Shown here piece after piece: positions 1 to 13,500 of a DNA stretch of 64,000 nucleotides. Position numbers and translations under genes: made by a program. The notes below the pieces were generated by a model, which was not told the origin of the DNA, did not search any database, and saw nothing but the letters and a program-made list of their open reading frames with translations. The stretch's first letter is position 1. Each line of letters opens with the position of its first letter. Source of the DNA: Hormiphora californensis. Its lineage: Eukaryota; Animalia; Ctenophora. The stretch spans positions 3,906,001 to 3,970,000 of the forward strand of contig CM035352.1 in the NCBI GenBank assembly GCA_020137815.1, written 5' to 3'.

Positions 1-146
1 TTGCACCCTACATCGCTGATGTGCTACTAAATTCAACTCTACCATATCGAAATATACTTCACGTCTACCCTGTCAGATCATTGGCACGTGAGAGCTGTGG
101 TCAGAGCATTTAATTGGCCTGCCAGCTTCTACCCAAACATAAGTAA

Positions 147-371
147 GGGCCCAGTTACAAAATTGGAAACTGGTAATGGTATTAGTTTCCAGTTCCCAGC
201 TGCCAGTTACGGATGACAGTGCTGAAACTGCACACAGCGCTGCTTTAAATGCAATTCACATCGAAATTCGGTCACGTGATCGTAGATGACACACGCAGCA
301 TGGTTCGTCAGGAGCTAGAAACTGGCGTCAGTTTCCAACCTGCTGTCAGTTTCCAATTTGTAACTGGAGCG
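147..371. mobile_element. PIF/Harbinger-like MITE
   Basis: Imperfect TIRs GGGCCCAGTTACAAAATTGGAAACTG / CAGTTTCCAATTTGTAACTGGAGCG, flanked on both sides by TAA (3-bp TSD). Confidence 0.65.
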
Positions 372-888
372 TAACAACAAAAGCCCACACTTTGGCCTGA
401 ATTAGTAAAATGATCATTTATATGTTTACAAGTTTTTTCCCGCAGCAATTACTCCACCCCTATGACCGTGGCAAATTTCACACAACTCAAATGAGGGTCT
501 TTTTAGTGTGATCGTATTATAATAATAACCAGTGGCGTTTTCCCACTCTCCAGTTTGTCTGTCCGCCATCGGCCAAGGGGTCCAAGTCCATTGTGCCTTG
601 GTCAGGCATAGCAGAAAGACTGTGACTATGGTGGGCGACATTACCAAACGTTAAGAAACTTTGAGTACCAAAAATCTAGTAGTTTGTAATTTTTTCAGGC
701 ACATTTATAATCAGACCATTTAAAAAGAATATCGATATTATATGCGGCCAATCACAGCGAGGTAACATATTCAATATAAGACCTATCACAGTGCGGCTAG
801 GTATCATATTTAATATACGACCTATCTCAGCGAGATATCTTTTTATCAAAATGCTTTTTATCATGGTTGCACCTGCATTTTTTAATAT

Positions 889-960
889 ACTAGCGCACCC
901 ATTGGGTGCGCCTCAAGTAAGGGCTTTTTGATAACCCACCCGGCTTCGCCGGGTGGTTCT
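889..960 (-). mobile_element. Helitron-like 3' end (hairpins + CTAGT)
   Basis: Reverse complement of GAGGCGCACCCAATGGGTGCGCTAGT plus a second hairpin. The same terminus recurs at 33111-33136 and, with variation, at 55728-55753. Confidence 0.45.
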
Positions 961-1923
961 TTTCGCCCCTTTCCACGTCAATAACACGGTTGCCATGGCA
1001 ACTGAATTGGTAATTATGGGGACTGGCATGTTAAAAGTCATTCGAAAATATTAACAAACTTCCACTGGAAGTTCCAAAAGTGTAAATGGCAGCTTTACAG
1101 CTTTGAGCACATAAAGTGTTTTATGAAGGAGCAGCCTGTCGCGTAGATACCGCTGAACGAACGACTTCGACTTCGATAATATAATAATAGACAACTCGTT
1201 TTGATTTTCCTTAATTTGAAAGGGACTGCAGTAGACTGCCTGCTCCTAGCACGGTGGGCGAAAAACAAAGGGTTGGGTCCAGGACCCACTTCTCGGATGT
1301 AGGAAGGAAAAAATGGAAAAAACTGGCTAAAAAGTTGGCAAACGCTGCTGGCAGCGCGGGATAAGGCAGCACTTTTCAAGCTAAAAAGTGGAAAAACGGA
1401 CAAAAAAGTGGAGAAACGACGTAAAATTTTTTGGAGAGAAATGGAAAATTTACAGCGCGCACAATGCAAATACACACATTGCGCGGCATTTTAGGCAACG
1501 GAATGTGCATTTTCTCGCGCTTTATTGTCATTACAGAGTCAAACCTCGGTTTATCGGATGGATTAATTTCCCACGATCGAGGACAATGTTTCACCTCGTA
1601 TTACATACCACATAAAAACCTAATGACAAAGTCTCTTATTTTACATATAAATTCAAATTGTAATTGAAAATCATTCACAGAAACGAAAAAGATAAGAATT
1701 CATATTGTCCAACTTCAAGCCTTCTATAAGTATGAATCCTACAATTATTACTTATTATATTATTTACGCTCCTCAACCATTCAATTGACACGGACAGGTG
1801 CCGATAGAAAAAGAAAAGATGTTACGCTCCACAGGCACAATGGGACTGGCATTGGAACCGTCCAACCACTACCAGGTTTTTATAAAACTTTTAATTCTGA
1901 ATTTCTCACGCTCTACCCACGCT

Positions 1924-2926
1924 CTAAACACAGCTGCTCTTAACCAGGTTCCAGTTAATTTTAAGGTTAGTATCAAACAAATTCTGTAGTTCATCATCAA
2001 AAAATGCCCCAAATGCACTCTTTTTGATGGATCGGGAAAAGTCCCCCCACGTGTCCATGGATCGAGGGTCAGCAAGCTCACTGGCGTCCGTTTCTGCCAG
2101 AATCTCCTCCACTTCCTCGTCGGAAAAATTGGAAACGGAGAAGGGCACACCAAGGTGATTTGTGATGGTCTGAAGGACTGCACGGGGGTCTCGATTGAGG
2201 TCGTCTAACTTCAGGAACATCACCTGGAGATGATGGGTCGAATTAAGTTGGAAGTGGAATGGAAATTGAGAAGGTTCTGAACTCTGGATGGGACAGGGTA
2301 CGAATAGGGACACCTGGGCCGGGGGGGGGGGGGGGGGGGCTAGGGGATTGGTCCGGAGGATATATTATGGGAAGCGCCGGGGAAGAGAGGAGGGGCCGGA
2401 GGATATTGGATGGGTCGGGGGAGATGGTGGGGGCCGGGCCGGAGGATATGAGAGGGAGAGGAGGGGAGAGAGAGAGAGAGAGGAAGGAGAGAGAGAGAGG
2501 GGTCTTCGTTACCTGGAGTTCATCGGTGTTTTCTAGAAACTCCAAAAAGTGCCTTTTGTAGTTGTACGGGTTGTGAGGGTCCTCCTCTCTGTCCAGAAAC
2601 ACATCTACAAACTCCTTAAAACCTGCAGAGGTAACTGTGTTAATCAGAGTCCCTTAATCCAGCCCTCAAACAATGACAATGTTTGAGGGCTGGGTGAAGA
2701 TCCAAATATTGGATTGTGTGTAACCGCGAGTAAGTAAAGACTACAGATAAGCGGCGATCTGGAATGATACTCGGCACTCGCTAAAACTCGATAAAAAGTA
2801 ACTTTTTAAACACAGAAACAACTGTTGTGTGTTGGTAAACTTACTGATTTGTTTGTTAAACGAATAGTTGTAAAGATCAATGGCTGTGTGTTTTGGGTTG
2901 CGGATAATGTAAAACACCCTCGCTTT
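1924..2926 (-). CDS. Sulfotransferase (SULT-fold)-like gene, last three exons: 2926-2845, 2622-2513, 2223-1924
   Basis: Phase-compatible GT-AG exons give KARVFYIIRNPKHTAIDLYNYSF (3'-PB-like motif), then FKEFVDVFLD..NPYNYKRHFLEF, then VMFLKLDDLNRDPRAVLQTITNHLG. Upstream exons probably lie between 4 and 7.3 kb (e.g. about 6360-6485) but could not be resolved. Confidence 0.75.
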
Positions 2927-3691
2927 CTGTACAGTTTTGCAAATCAGGGGATATCTGAAAATATACATTAGATTTAAACCCGGTAGACCGTTTTTAGTCA
3001 CAACTCTGCCATTTTTATTTTTTCCCTGCCCGGGTGAATGCCGAAGGCATTCACCCGGATGCCTTTTTACTTTGTAAAAAGGCATAGCAGGGTTAGAATT
3101 CGAAAACGACATTTTGGTATACTAACTAATCGGTAGAGGGACATTTTTTGGTCACACTTTCGTTGCGAGGGCAACGGTGTAGCAACTAGAGCCGCGCGCA
3201 CAGTGACGAGCTACTCCTTCATCAAACACCTCATTGACACAGTTTGATGGATGCGTGTGCGCGCGCCACTCAACAATACATGAAATGCTCTGCCGCGCGT
3301 TTCGCGTGTTACATACAATTACACATTTTCATCTTGCGAGTCGAGTGTGAGATGTTAAATAAGTAGTTAAGTTGGAATGTCAAAAGCTGGTTAGCAAGTG
3401 TCATGTGATTGGGAGTTAGCTAAATACTCTAAGCTATGTGAGAAGTATACTGACAGCTAGATCGTATGCATCTCACATTACATTATGACCAAGCCTTGAT
3501 CCTGTTGGCAGTGACAATGTCACTGACATGTGAAACGGTAGGGCAGGGAAACACAGCATTATGAATACATAATGCAATAATTCTTGTTTTTCTTTATGAT
3601 AAAGAAAGACAATAAAACGCCAAATAATTCTATTCAAGACGGACTTTGCCAAAAAAGCCAGATCAGGAAAAAAATGAAATGTTTGACATTA

Positions 3692-4016
3692 GGCTGGACG
3701 CACAGTAATGCGGGTTCATAATTGCCAAAACTCTACTAACTGCTGAAGCTTCATCACTGAGAACACGCGACCATGTGTGTTTGGTCACATTGATACCTGA
3801 GTGAGATCGAGGTCGCGTGGCGACCGAGATCGATCTCGTGGAGCGAGAATAGGTTGCAATGGAGCCAACATGTGTGTCTGTTATTTTGGGCTACGTAAAA
3901 GCCTCTTTTAAGAGCGGAATGGGGTAAATCCTGACGCATTCTTAGTGATGAAGCTTCAGCATAGTATAGTTTTGGCGATTATCATTATATGAACCTTCAT
4001 TACAGCACGTCCATCC
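3692..4016. mobile_element. Palindromic MITE-like element
   Basis: Inner inverted repeat TGCTGAAGCTTCATCACT (3741) / AGTGATGAAGCTTCAGCA (ends 3961), with imperfect outer arms. Confidence 0.5.
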
Positions 4017-4542
4017 AACAAGAGTTGCCCCTCAGATACCCCTTTCCCCCCCCCCCCCGGCACTGTGGATTGCTGACCTGAGTTTGGAGTGAAAGATATT
4101 CCCCTCGGGTCGGAGACTGTCTGGGTGGGTCGCCTCGTACCTATGTAGTGCCAGGGGCATTACGGCAAGATTCAGCTTCCTCTGTATCGATGACTGAAAA
4201 TAGTGTGTGCATTTTATTGAACATCAAAACCCAAATATTTGATGATTTCCAGTGCACCCAAAGGAGAACTGTTGCTTAGCAACGCACTGAATTTGAACTG
4301 TTGCTTACTTAGCAACGCACTGAACGTATGTTTTATAATTGTACCAGCAACCACGTTCTCCTCTCAGCTACTTCTCAGTTATACTCACAATTAGTTTGTA
4401 GAGAATATGACAGACAGCCTGTCCCCCCACTACGAGGGTATGACGCCACTACCACGTCCGCTGACTGTAGAGTAATCAGGTTGGAACAATTGAAATCTGA
4501 AGGGTTATATTTGGAGTCAAAATTATATTTGTTGTTACAAAA

Positions 4543-4639
4543 TACAGTCGATTTCCTTTACTGGGGGGGGGGGAGTTTATCCTCCCTGTAATTCGGGGTT
4601 CTGGTAAATTGGGGCCCGGTATATATCGGGGTCCGACTG
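4543..4639. mobile_element. Short copy of the CAGTCGGACCCCGATTTA MITE family
   Basis: TA-CAGTCG...GGGGTCCGACTG-TA. Related copies lie at about 7521, 11430-11474, 31030-31080, 31700-31724, 37727-37931, 56614-56783 and 61525-62396. Confidence 0.6.
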
Positions 4640-5562
4640 TATTAATGAATAGCACTGGAAAGCATACTTTTTAATGAAAATGGGTCGAGTGATAAGTTGT
4701 CGATATTCTTTGTTACTGCCTTCAGAGATCTCTTCCAGTTTACGAGGCTCCTCGGCTCTGTTGGCTCTGGGTCAACTGCCTCAGCAACTGAGTCAGTACT
4801 ACTTGTAGCTGCAACGCTACTTACAGGGCTATCCATATTACACTGCTGATATATAGGGGATGGGAGGCTTGTTGATATATTATAAATCACCCCCCCCCCC
4901 CTGCTGATATTTCCCGCAGTCTACTGTGGTATATCAAATAATTCCCTCCCTCTGTTTTCACACCTTTCATAATTCCCGGGGTCGTTTTATAATAAATAAC
5001 CACGGCTAGTAAAGTGATGAAATTTGATAATCCCCTACGGGGATTATCACACGATATTCCCCTCGTCACTCCGTTCCTCGTGGATATCGTATTGATATAC
5101 CACCCTGACAGGGTGGTATATCAGATTTCATCCCTCTACTAGCCGGGGTTATCTATATTATATTGGATGGCACTCATGTGAGGAGATTTAACAATTCACC
5201 CGATTTAAAAAGCCACAAACAACACTCCCTGAAAACATATTTGAGGAGCCAGGATTTACGGACTCCCTTGCACCTCTGGAGATCTCCTGGAGATGTCCCC
5301 GTAGGTGCAAGGGAGGTCGCAAGAACAGAACTCTGAACTATAATACTGGCAAATTGCCGGTGATAGCAATATGGGAACAACACAGAAATGAGTGGGAAAA
5401 CAATAAGATGGAGCTATGAGAAAACAAGAAGAATGAGGAGAGAAAACAAGAGAGGCGTGGAGATCCCATAGTCTACTGTGGATATCTCCCTCTCGTAGTT
5501 TCTTCGCCACAGGGAAAAAGCTAGCATACCTTTGTGATGTGTGAGCCATAATAAAAGCACAT

Positions 5563-5564
<2 letters not shown>

Positions 5565-5661
<97 letters not shown>

Positions 5662-5681
5662 AGAGAGGAGAGAGAGAGAGA

Positions 5682-5732
<51 letters not shown>
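5565..5732. repeat. (GA)n microsatellite
   Basis: Direct reading. Confidence 0.95.
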
Positions 5733-5738
<6 letters not shown>

Positions 5739-8120
5739 GTTGTGGGATAGAAGAGGTTTATAATTTACCTTACCCCATGTGTGCTGTATATCAGATATAA
5801 TATGATAAAAAGACCGGATAGGAGGATACAATAAAAAGGATAATTTATGCATTTGCAGGAACTTGGTGGGAACTTCGTTTTTTATCCCATGAGGGGCGAG
5901 GGCATGAGGCTGAGGCTGGCCATTGTCATGGGATCAAGGCCTATATAATACATATAGATAGGCCTATCCAGCTGCGTGAGCCAGACCCGCTGTCCCGTAG
6001 CGTGGGAACGAAAAAGAAAGGGTCGAAGGCCGAGGCGCACGTCAGACATATCAAGGACCAAATCCAAATAAGCTGGGATGGGACATAAGTGGATATTTTA
6101 ACAGGGGTATTCCTCGCCTAGCTCGACCCTCTTTCCGTGCACTCCGTGCAAATGTAAAGGAAGGTTAGAATTGTATTGTTAGTCGAACATGACAAGGTTT
6201 TCTATTATTTGTGAATCATGATTGTGCCAAGACAATGTCTCCCGGAGCAAAAGGGTGTGTTTTTTAACGAGCCCAAGTAAACATGAGTAAACTAGCCCTC
6301 TAATCCTAGCTGTAAAACTGAGACATACAGAGACGTGCAATAATCACTTTAATACCCACCTCGCAGAAACCTGCCAACTACTGCATTCAGACTCCAAGTT
6401 CCATAATTTATTATCGCTGGTCATTATACTCCTAACGTCTCCTCTTCCCTTTTTTAGCTTGTATACCAGATCCTACTGCAGCAACCTAAAACAGAGATGT
6501 GTGTTAGTGTGGGGCCTTGTTGAGTGACTCAACTGCAGTGCAGGGCCACGGTTTTCTAATGCTGTGGAAATGACCTGGACTGGCAAGGAAAAATTATAGT
6601 ACACGCGTGTAATTTTCAATTAAAGTTGAACTTGGGGCATTGTACAAGTTAGCTTGCGTGAAACAATTGCCTTCTCTCTTTTTCCTCCCTCTTTTTCTCT
6701 CTCCCAGCCTTTCCAGTTTCAGTGTTAGTTATACAGTGTGTCATGACAGAGAAGGATAGATAGAGAGGGAGCGACATAGAGATAGAGAGTGAGCGATAGA
6801 GAGAGAGTGAGAGAGATAGAACTCTAACAGTCCTACGACTTCGCTTGCATTCAGTGTCGTGTCAATTATTGCTTTGGACACATAACTCAGTAGATGTAGT
6901 ACGTATTGTACATGCAGCCCCGCTCTAATTTCGTACCAAATACGATATACCGATACAGCTAGAAGTGGCTGCAGTAGTAGTAGCTCAATCAAGTTCGTTC
7001 AGTTACGGGTGCTCTGCTAAGGAATTAGCACTCTATAATTTTGCTAGTTTTATTTCTCTACTTTTCAATACTCCATCCTTAGTGAGCTGTCAATTTCTCT
7101 CTCTACATACTTCATCCACACACCCACATAATATATGTCCCAGCTGATTTGGAAATTATTTTTAGCCTCTCTGCTTCACTGTTGAACGATCCATGTATGT
7201 GGTGGAGCTTATACTGAACAGGTGGGGACATTGTCAGGCCAATGCTATGACACTGGTGACAGGGTTGCCAAGCTAGACTGTGTTTCGTGTGCCCAAATGG
7301 AAAGGGAGGGTTAGAACATAACATGACAGGGTACTGTATATCGTTAGACCGTGCACGTTAGTGTTGGGTTCGTGTCAACACATAACCTCATACCCAATTT
7401 AGGTTGCATCCTATAACATACACCGCTCCAGCCTATGTGATATAGTTGGAGGTTGGTGTAAAAATAGAAATTTGTTGTTTGGGGTTATCTTTTCGGAAAA
7501 TATAACTGAGCAAATGATATACAGTTGGACCCCTATTTACCTGACACTCCGATCTACCTGGCAAACCTCTTTCCCGTGAGCATCCCAGTCCAGCAGTTAG
7601 AGTCTAAGTGTCTGGGAGAACTCTCTCTCTATTTCGGAGCTGGTAGTTATGCTAAGTCGAACCTCGCGTATGCTAATTAAGGGGCACGTGAGACCCCTGA
7701 GACGGAAGTCATGTCAATTAACCATCCCTCTCTTTTTCTCACTCTTATGCACTAACACCAAATTGGTGCCTCAATCTCACTCTATAACCTACTTCCTCTC
7801 TCTCTCTCCTTTTCTAAGCTGTAAGTAGGGTGTGAATTATTCTCTCCCGCCCTTTTCCAGGCAAGTCCGTATAGTTTTGTGCTCACACAAACTTCTAGTA
7901 GAAGCATTTGATTTTGAATTAATCAGCTGCTTTAAAATTTTCAATTGGCTTTCTGTTTTGTCAATAATTATAATTCCGACACTACCCCTGCACCACACAT
8001 GTTTATATTTATGCCGGTTTGCACATGTAATTGCATGTGGTCTCATTGATATAATAATTTGTCTGTTTGTGTCATGGGGAGCCGTGGTATATTATCTGAC
8101 CTAATTTCGAAAATTCTATA

Positions 8121-9794
8121 GGGTAGACCGGGGTAATTTGGACGGTTTTGGCATTCAATTGGTATTTCAAGAGCCATTAATTTACTTAATCAATTAGTTA
8201 GCTACTCAATTTGTGCAACGGAACCTTTATCTTGAGCCTCAGAACAAATTTGAATCGAAAACATAACTTTTAGATAGCTAATTAACCTTGTTAATGAAGG
8301 TAAGTCGGAATATTTTTGATCGCGAGACACGGGGCAATTTGGACTAGTGGCTTCTAGACCAATCACAATGCGCGCATTCGATCACGTGACCGCGACACAC
8401 CACATTGCCCCAGCTGTAAATCTGTGATGTAAATCAGACCGAGGCTGGGGCTATTTGGACAAACTTAGATTGTAGCCACAGTTTTTGAGATATCGATTTC
8501 AAACTTTTCAGTCATCTAGTAATTTAGTATCCCGTGCTATTCCTTTTTTCAAAATTAGTTAATTAAGTAGTAATTAGCCTAATTAACCAAAAAATTAAGT
8601 GTTCATCAGATCTATATCTATAGGGTGCATTTTCGAAAGCTCAGGATTAGCCTAGTCGATTAGAAAAAGATTTAATCTAATCCCAAATAGGATTTTTGAG
8701 AAAATCGACATCAAAGATCAAAAAACCACAAATAAAGCTACGGTTTTCAAAGGAATGCTGTTTGTGTTTTCAGGTGCTTACAAGGCCAGAAATTACTATT
8801 ATGGGGATCCAGTCTAATTAATCATGTTAGTGGCCGATTCCCACTCAATACAATTCCCTGGGGTTACTATAGCAACGGAGTTTGTTACCATAGTAACCGG
8901 CGAATTTGCATTAATGTACTATTTTCTTGCTCCAAATTCACCCATTACATCCGTATTATTAGACTATCGATTATTTAAACATGATTGTGAGTCACAATGA
9001 GACATCAGACTACCTTCAGTTACCAGCCAGTCAGGGGCTTTGGTTATCAAATGTATGCCTATTGCTCTAAGTTAGCCTGTAATTTATCCCTTTATTCAGT
9101 TATATCAGCTGCATATGAATGATTATCATGATAAAACACTACTTTTGGTCATCAAAGCACCAGTCCTAGATATTCTGGAGCACCCTATGAAGTTGGTTTG
9201 TCGAATGCCACACCATGTATTGACTTGTTACCTTGGCAACCAGAGAATTGGTTGTAAAATGCGCCTTTTTTCTATTTTTTTGGTCTATTTACTCAGTTTT
9301 AGCCATCTATATTGATTGAATAGGATAATTATGAAAGCAGGTTGTCTATGGTTACCATAGAAACGAGTATAATGGCGCCATGAGGCCAATTTGTTTTAAC
9401 CAATTTGCCCCATGGGGCAATTTGGTCTAGTCCAAATTGCCCCATGGGGCAATCTGGATTATGACCGAATTGCCCCCGATTTTTTCGTCCGAATTGCCCC
9501 AAATTGTCCGAATTGCCCCGCTTCATTAAAATGCCAATTAGCTAATTAAATCGAAAGCTAATGTCATTTTGATGATGAAACTGAATAGAAAAGTATCATA
9601 TTGTGAAATTCTGACCCTTAATTTAAATAATTATCATAATTAAGTTTACCGAAATAAAGTTTAACTTTAAAGTCGTCATTTTTCGTTATTTCACACTAAA
9701 CACCACAATTTAAAAGTCCCATATAAATCACTAGTCCACATTGCCCCGTCCTGTGACCACATTGCCCCACCGTCCAAATTACCCCGGTCTACCC
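8121..9794. mobile_element. Non-autonomous DNA transposon with TA TSD (Tc1/mariner/pogo-type target)
   Basis: Perfect 26-bp TIRs GGGTAGACCGGGGTAATTTGGACGGT with TA on both sides, and subterminal GGGGCAATTTGG repeats. The empty site is preserved in the duplicated segment at about 10059-10215. Confidence 0.9.
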
Positions 9795-9863
9795 TAACTA
9801 TTAACTGGCGTTAAAAATGTATAGCGTATGTAACATGAATTTCGTTCACTTGTATATTTTTGG

Positions 9864-9936
9864 GGTTTGGTAGCTTAGTGGTATAGTTCCGAGCATGTCT
9901 CTCTGGAGGTCCCTGGTTCAATTCCCGGTCAAACCC
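9864..9936 (+). tRNA. tRNA-like sequence (pseudogene or SINE head), anticodon unclear
   Basis: Acceptor stem GGTTTGG/TCAAACC, A box TAGCTTAGTGG, B box GGTTCAATTCC, and a T-run terminator follows. The anticodon arm is poorly paired and the T stem has one mismatch. Confidence 0.55.
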
Positions 9937-10560
9937 AGTATTTTTCGATTTTCTTCCCTATTTAATTCTTGCTCAGATCTCTTTATTCAGAATAACTTGT
10001 ATATTTTGTTAAAATCTTTTCAATCTACGCCAATCTAGTTTACTTCATTGATGTTTCAGGTTTGCACATGTAATGTGGTCTCATTGACATAAGTTTGTCT
10101 GTTTGTGTCATGGGGAGCCGTGGTATATTATCTGACCTAATTTCGAAAATTCCATAACTATTAACTGGCGTTAAAAATGTATAGCGTGTGTAATATGAAT
10201 TTCGTTCACTTGTCCATATATGGAGTAAAGTTCAAAGTATTTTAGTATTATGCATTTATTGCAGATATGAGTAACCATCCATGCCGTGTGGTTGCTTTAC
10301 AATTCTCTTCTGAAAATGTTTGGTCAAATGTGCAATGAAAAAAAACATGACCATATATTTTTCAAGCTACGCCAATCTAGTTTACTTCATTGCTGTTTTA
10401 CCTTGTAAATTGTGTTGTTTAAAGTTCTTCTCCTTAATATTTTAGAATGCAGAGGAGTATAATTATAACCCAAAGTGATTGTACCAGTGAGAGGAAACTG
10501 TAACTGTTTTCACAACCTCCAATCACCCCTCAACAATTCAAATATCTACCCATTTTGAAG

Positions 10561-13500
10561 ATGATCTTTCTAGTTCTACTTCTCCCCTTGTTTACACTCG
10601 CCCAAGTACAAGACGAGAGTCGGAGGTTGCAAGTATTCGCTCAATACGCCTCAACACAAATCAACGATAAGTTAAACTATAATGCTTCGTTCACCAACAT
10701 TCAAGAGGCCTTTGCTAACGTATCGGTATGTATATATGATTATATTAGCAAGTTCAGTATTCACTATGCCAGTTCCATCAAGATTAACTCTCTCTTTAGT
10801 CAATGTATCTTTATATTTCTCTCCTCAACAAAAGCAACGATCTCAGTATTCTTTATGGGTTCCATAATCAAACCAAATTGGATTTTTCACTCCTCAGTAC
10901 TCGACGGAATATAGGATTGCAGGTCGATTGGAGGTCATTACTAACGGTACGGGCCAGGTTCTAAAAAGGCTTGAGAGGATGATTGAGAGGACAGCAGTTA
11001 GAGCCGAACAAGTTTACTACCAGACAGAACCAGTCCCAAATATCACGTGAGAACTATGTATTACAGACCATGTAAAATTGTTAATTTTTCAAACCTCGGT
11101 TTACCATTTAATAATCATCCAAGAGGAATATCCAGTAAATTTTGGGTTCATGACTATGTTCTATAATACCTATTTATTGCTAATTTGAGAAGGCTCATAG
11201 GTTCTGTATTTGGAGAATTTATTTTTGTCCATATACATTCCTAAAATTTACATGTTGTACGTTATTATTTGGCATTCACCCACCCTCCCAGGTTCTATGA
11301 GGGGGACCTGACGCATTATTCAATAAAAGGCGACATGTTGTACCAGAATGAACCCAACTTCACAGACCGGAAGCCCCCGCTAAAACTCTCGCCAACGGAT
11401 GATCCAAGGTTTTTCACGTTAAACTATATCGGGGTTCTATTAAATCGAGGGCCAGTAAATCGGGGTCCGACTGTCAGATATTTGTTAGAGATTTAAAAAA
11501 TTAATCGTAACTTTTTGCCAGGTTCGGAATTAAATTGAACAAAAATGAAAGTGTTGTGAGTGTAGCGGTTGACCAATTTAAAGGACTCGACAACGTTCGA
11601 CACGAAATTAAAATCACCGAACGGATGGAACAGCTGATGAAGAAAAACTTTGACGAAAACCAGGACGAACCATTTTTTCAATATTTCGGTAAGAAATGAT
11701 ATGATCGTAGAAGTACGAATTTACCCCTGCACCTGCGTTAAAATTTCTCGGGTTGTATCGGTTTCAATGCCTGATCAGTACAATCACGATAGTCATGCGG
11801 TTACTATAGCAACCATTTTACTTCCCCATCCAGGCACGGCAGCAGGTGTGACACGAATATATCCTGCTCACTACTTTCCAGAATTTCGGCTACACCGCGG
11901 AAAACGAGAATACTACGATGGTCGGGATCAAAGTTGGTAAGTCCTCTTAATATTATTGAAACCCCCGATAGCTGTATTATCAGTCGTCTGACTTAATGAC
12001 TTATTATTATACATATTATATTTTCTTCAAATTTACTACATAGTAAGCAGAAATAAGTTGAGACTACCCACGCAGATATAATATAGAAGAATATAGAAGA
12101 ATGAAACATCTTTTGCCCCTACTTTTGGATAAATGAAATGCTAAATGTATGCTTAATAAAACTATTAAACTCATATAGCTCCCTTAAACTCACAGGTATA
12201 TTGATGGTACCTCGCCACCTAAAGACATCGTTTTTCTCATGGACCTATCTGGAACAATGTTCGGTCTAGCTCACACGACCTCGATGGTGAGAAAAACGGT
12301 TCCATTCTAAACGATTCCATTTAGATCAAGTAAACCGAGTACAGTTATACTATTCTAAAACCCCCACGAAGTTTTCTCTATTTTATTAATAATTTTATAA
12401 CCCAACAGAATCTTTTAAAAGTCGTGTTCAACCATCTACCGGTGTCTGATTATGTAAATGTTATTGGGGTGACTGATTTCCCTAAACTGGTTTCTACATG
12501 CTTCAACGAAACACTAGAAAAGGGTAATTTAGTAACCATAGCAACCCCCTAGTAACCATAGCAACCATAGTTTTCAATTACTGCTTGTAAGCGCTGACAA
12601 ATTTATGCTAGACAATTTTCCTTCCAGCAACTGATGAAGTGAAAGATAATCTTATGGACGCTTTACGAGACCAACCATTCGAAGAACCAGGGGGGACTTC
12701 TGACTTTTACCGGGCATTCAACATGTCCTTTGAAGTGTTCCAAGCGTCCATAAAAGCGGGGAAAACTAATCGTTGCTCAAGAACAGTTGTGATATTCACC
12801 GACGGGATGACCGCTCTAAAGGGGATCAATGAGCACTTTTTAGACTTGAAGAAAACCACCGGTCTGGATGTTAACATTCTTGTTTTTCGAATAACAAGTT
12901 TCATGGAACGGAGCTGTAAGTTTCCTTTTTTCATCAAATCTTTAAACTATCTATTCGACTAAAGATGAGTTAATCCTTGATGGGTATCATTCCAGGTTTG
13001 CCCTCGTCACCTCAGTCAGCGGGTGTGGTATCCTTGGCCTGTGAGCTGGGAGGGGAATACATCCCACTTCGAGACAACACCGATATCTACCCTGCTTTCA
13101 ACAACTTTACCGAATTCTTTGTTCCTGATTCCCACCATTATGATGAGGAAAATGGTCAGGTATCTCCCAAAACATAATTATATAATCCAAGTCCAACAAA
13201 TCTGTATCATATCTCTTGATGTTTTTCCTAAGTGCTGTGATAAATTACATAACCTGTATTTACCAAACATGATGATCGCTCAATTCCCAAACCTAACACG
13301 CCCGTGCGAAATACAGCACACCAATAATCACTTGTGATGTTTCGAAAGTGTTGAATCCGGGCACTTAATAGTAGTTATGTCAGATCTCTCCCTCTCCTTC
13401 TCTCCCCCACTCTCCCCCACTCTCCCTCTATCTCTTATATTGCAGTGGGATGACACAAATTTAAAATCGATTTGTGTGTCATAGATTGCGAGAGGTTTGA

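Noticed and set aside
1924-2926. Sulfotransferase as the enzyme modifying the Tyr-containing peptides
   Set aside because: It resembles cytosolic SULTs rather than Golgi tyrosylprotein sulfotransferases, and only proximity links them.
5256-5852. ER- and LS-rich ORFs (also at about 17.6, 23.9, 43.7, 48.4, 53.2 and 59.3 kb)
   Set aside because: These are translations of (GA)n/(CT)n microsatellites.
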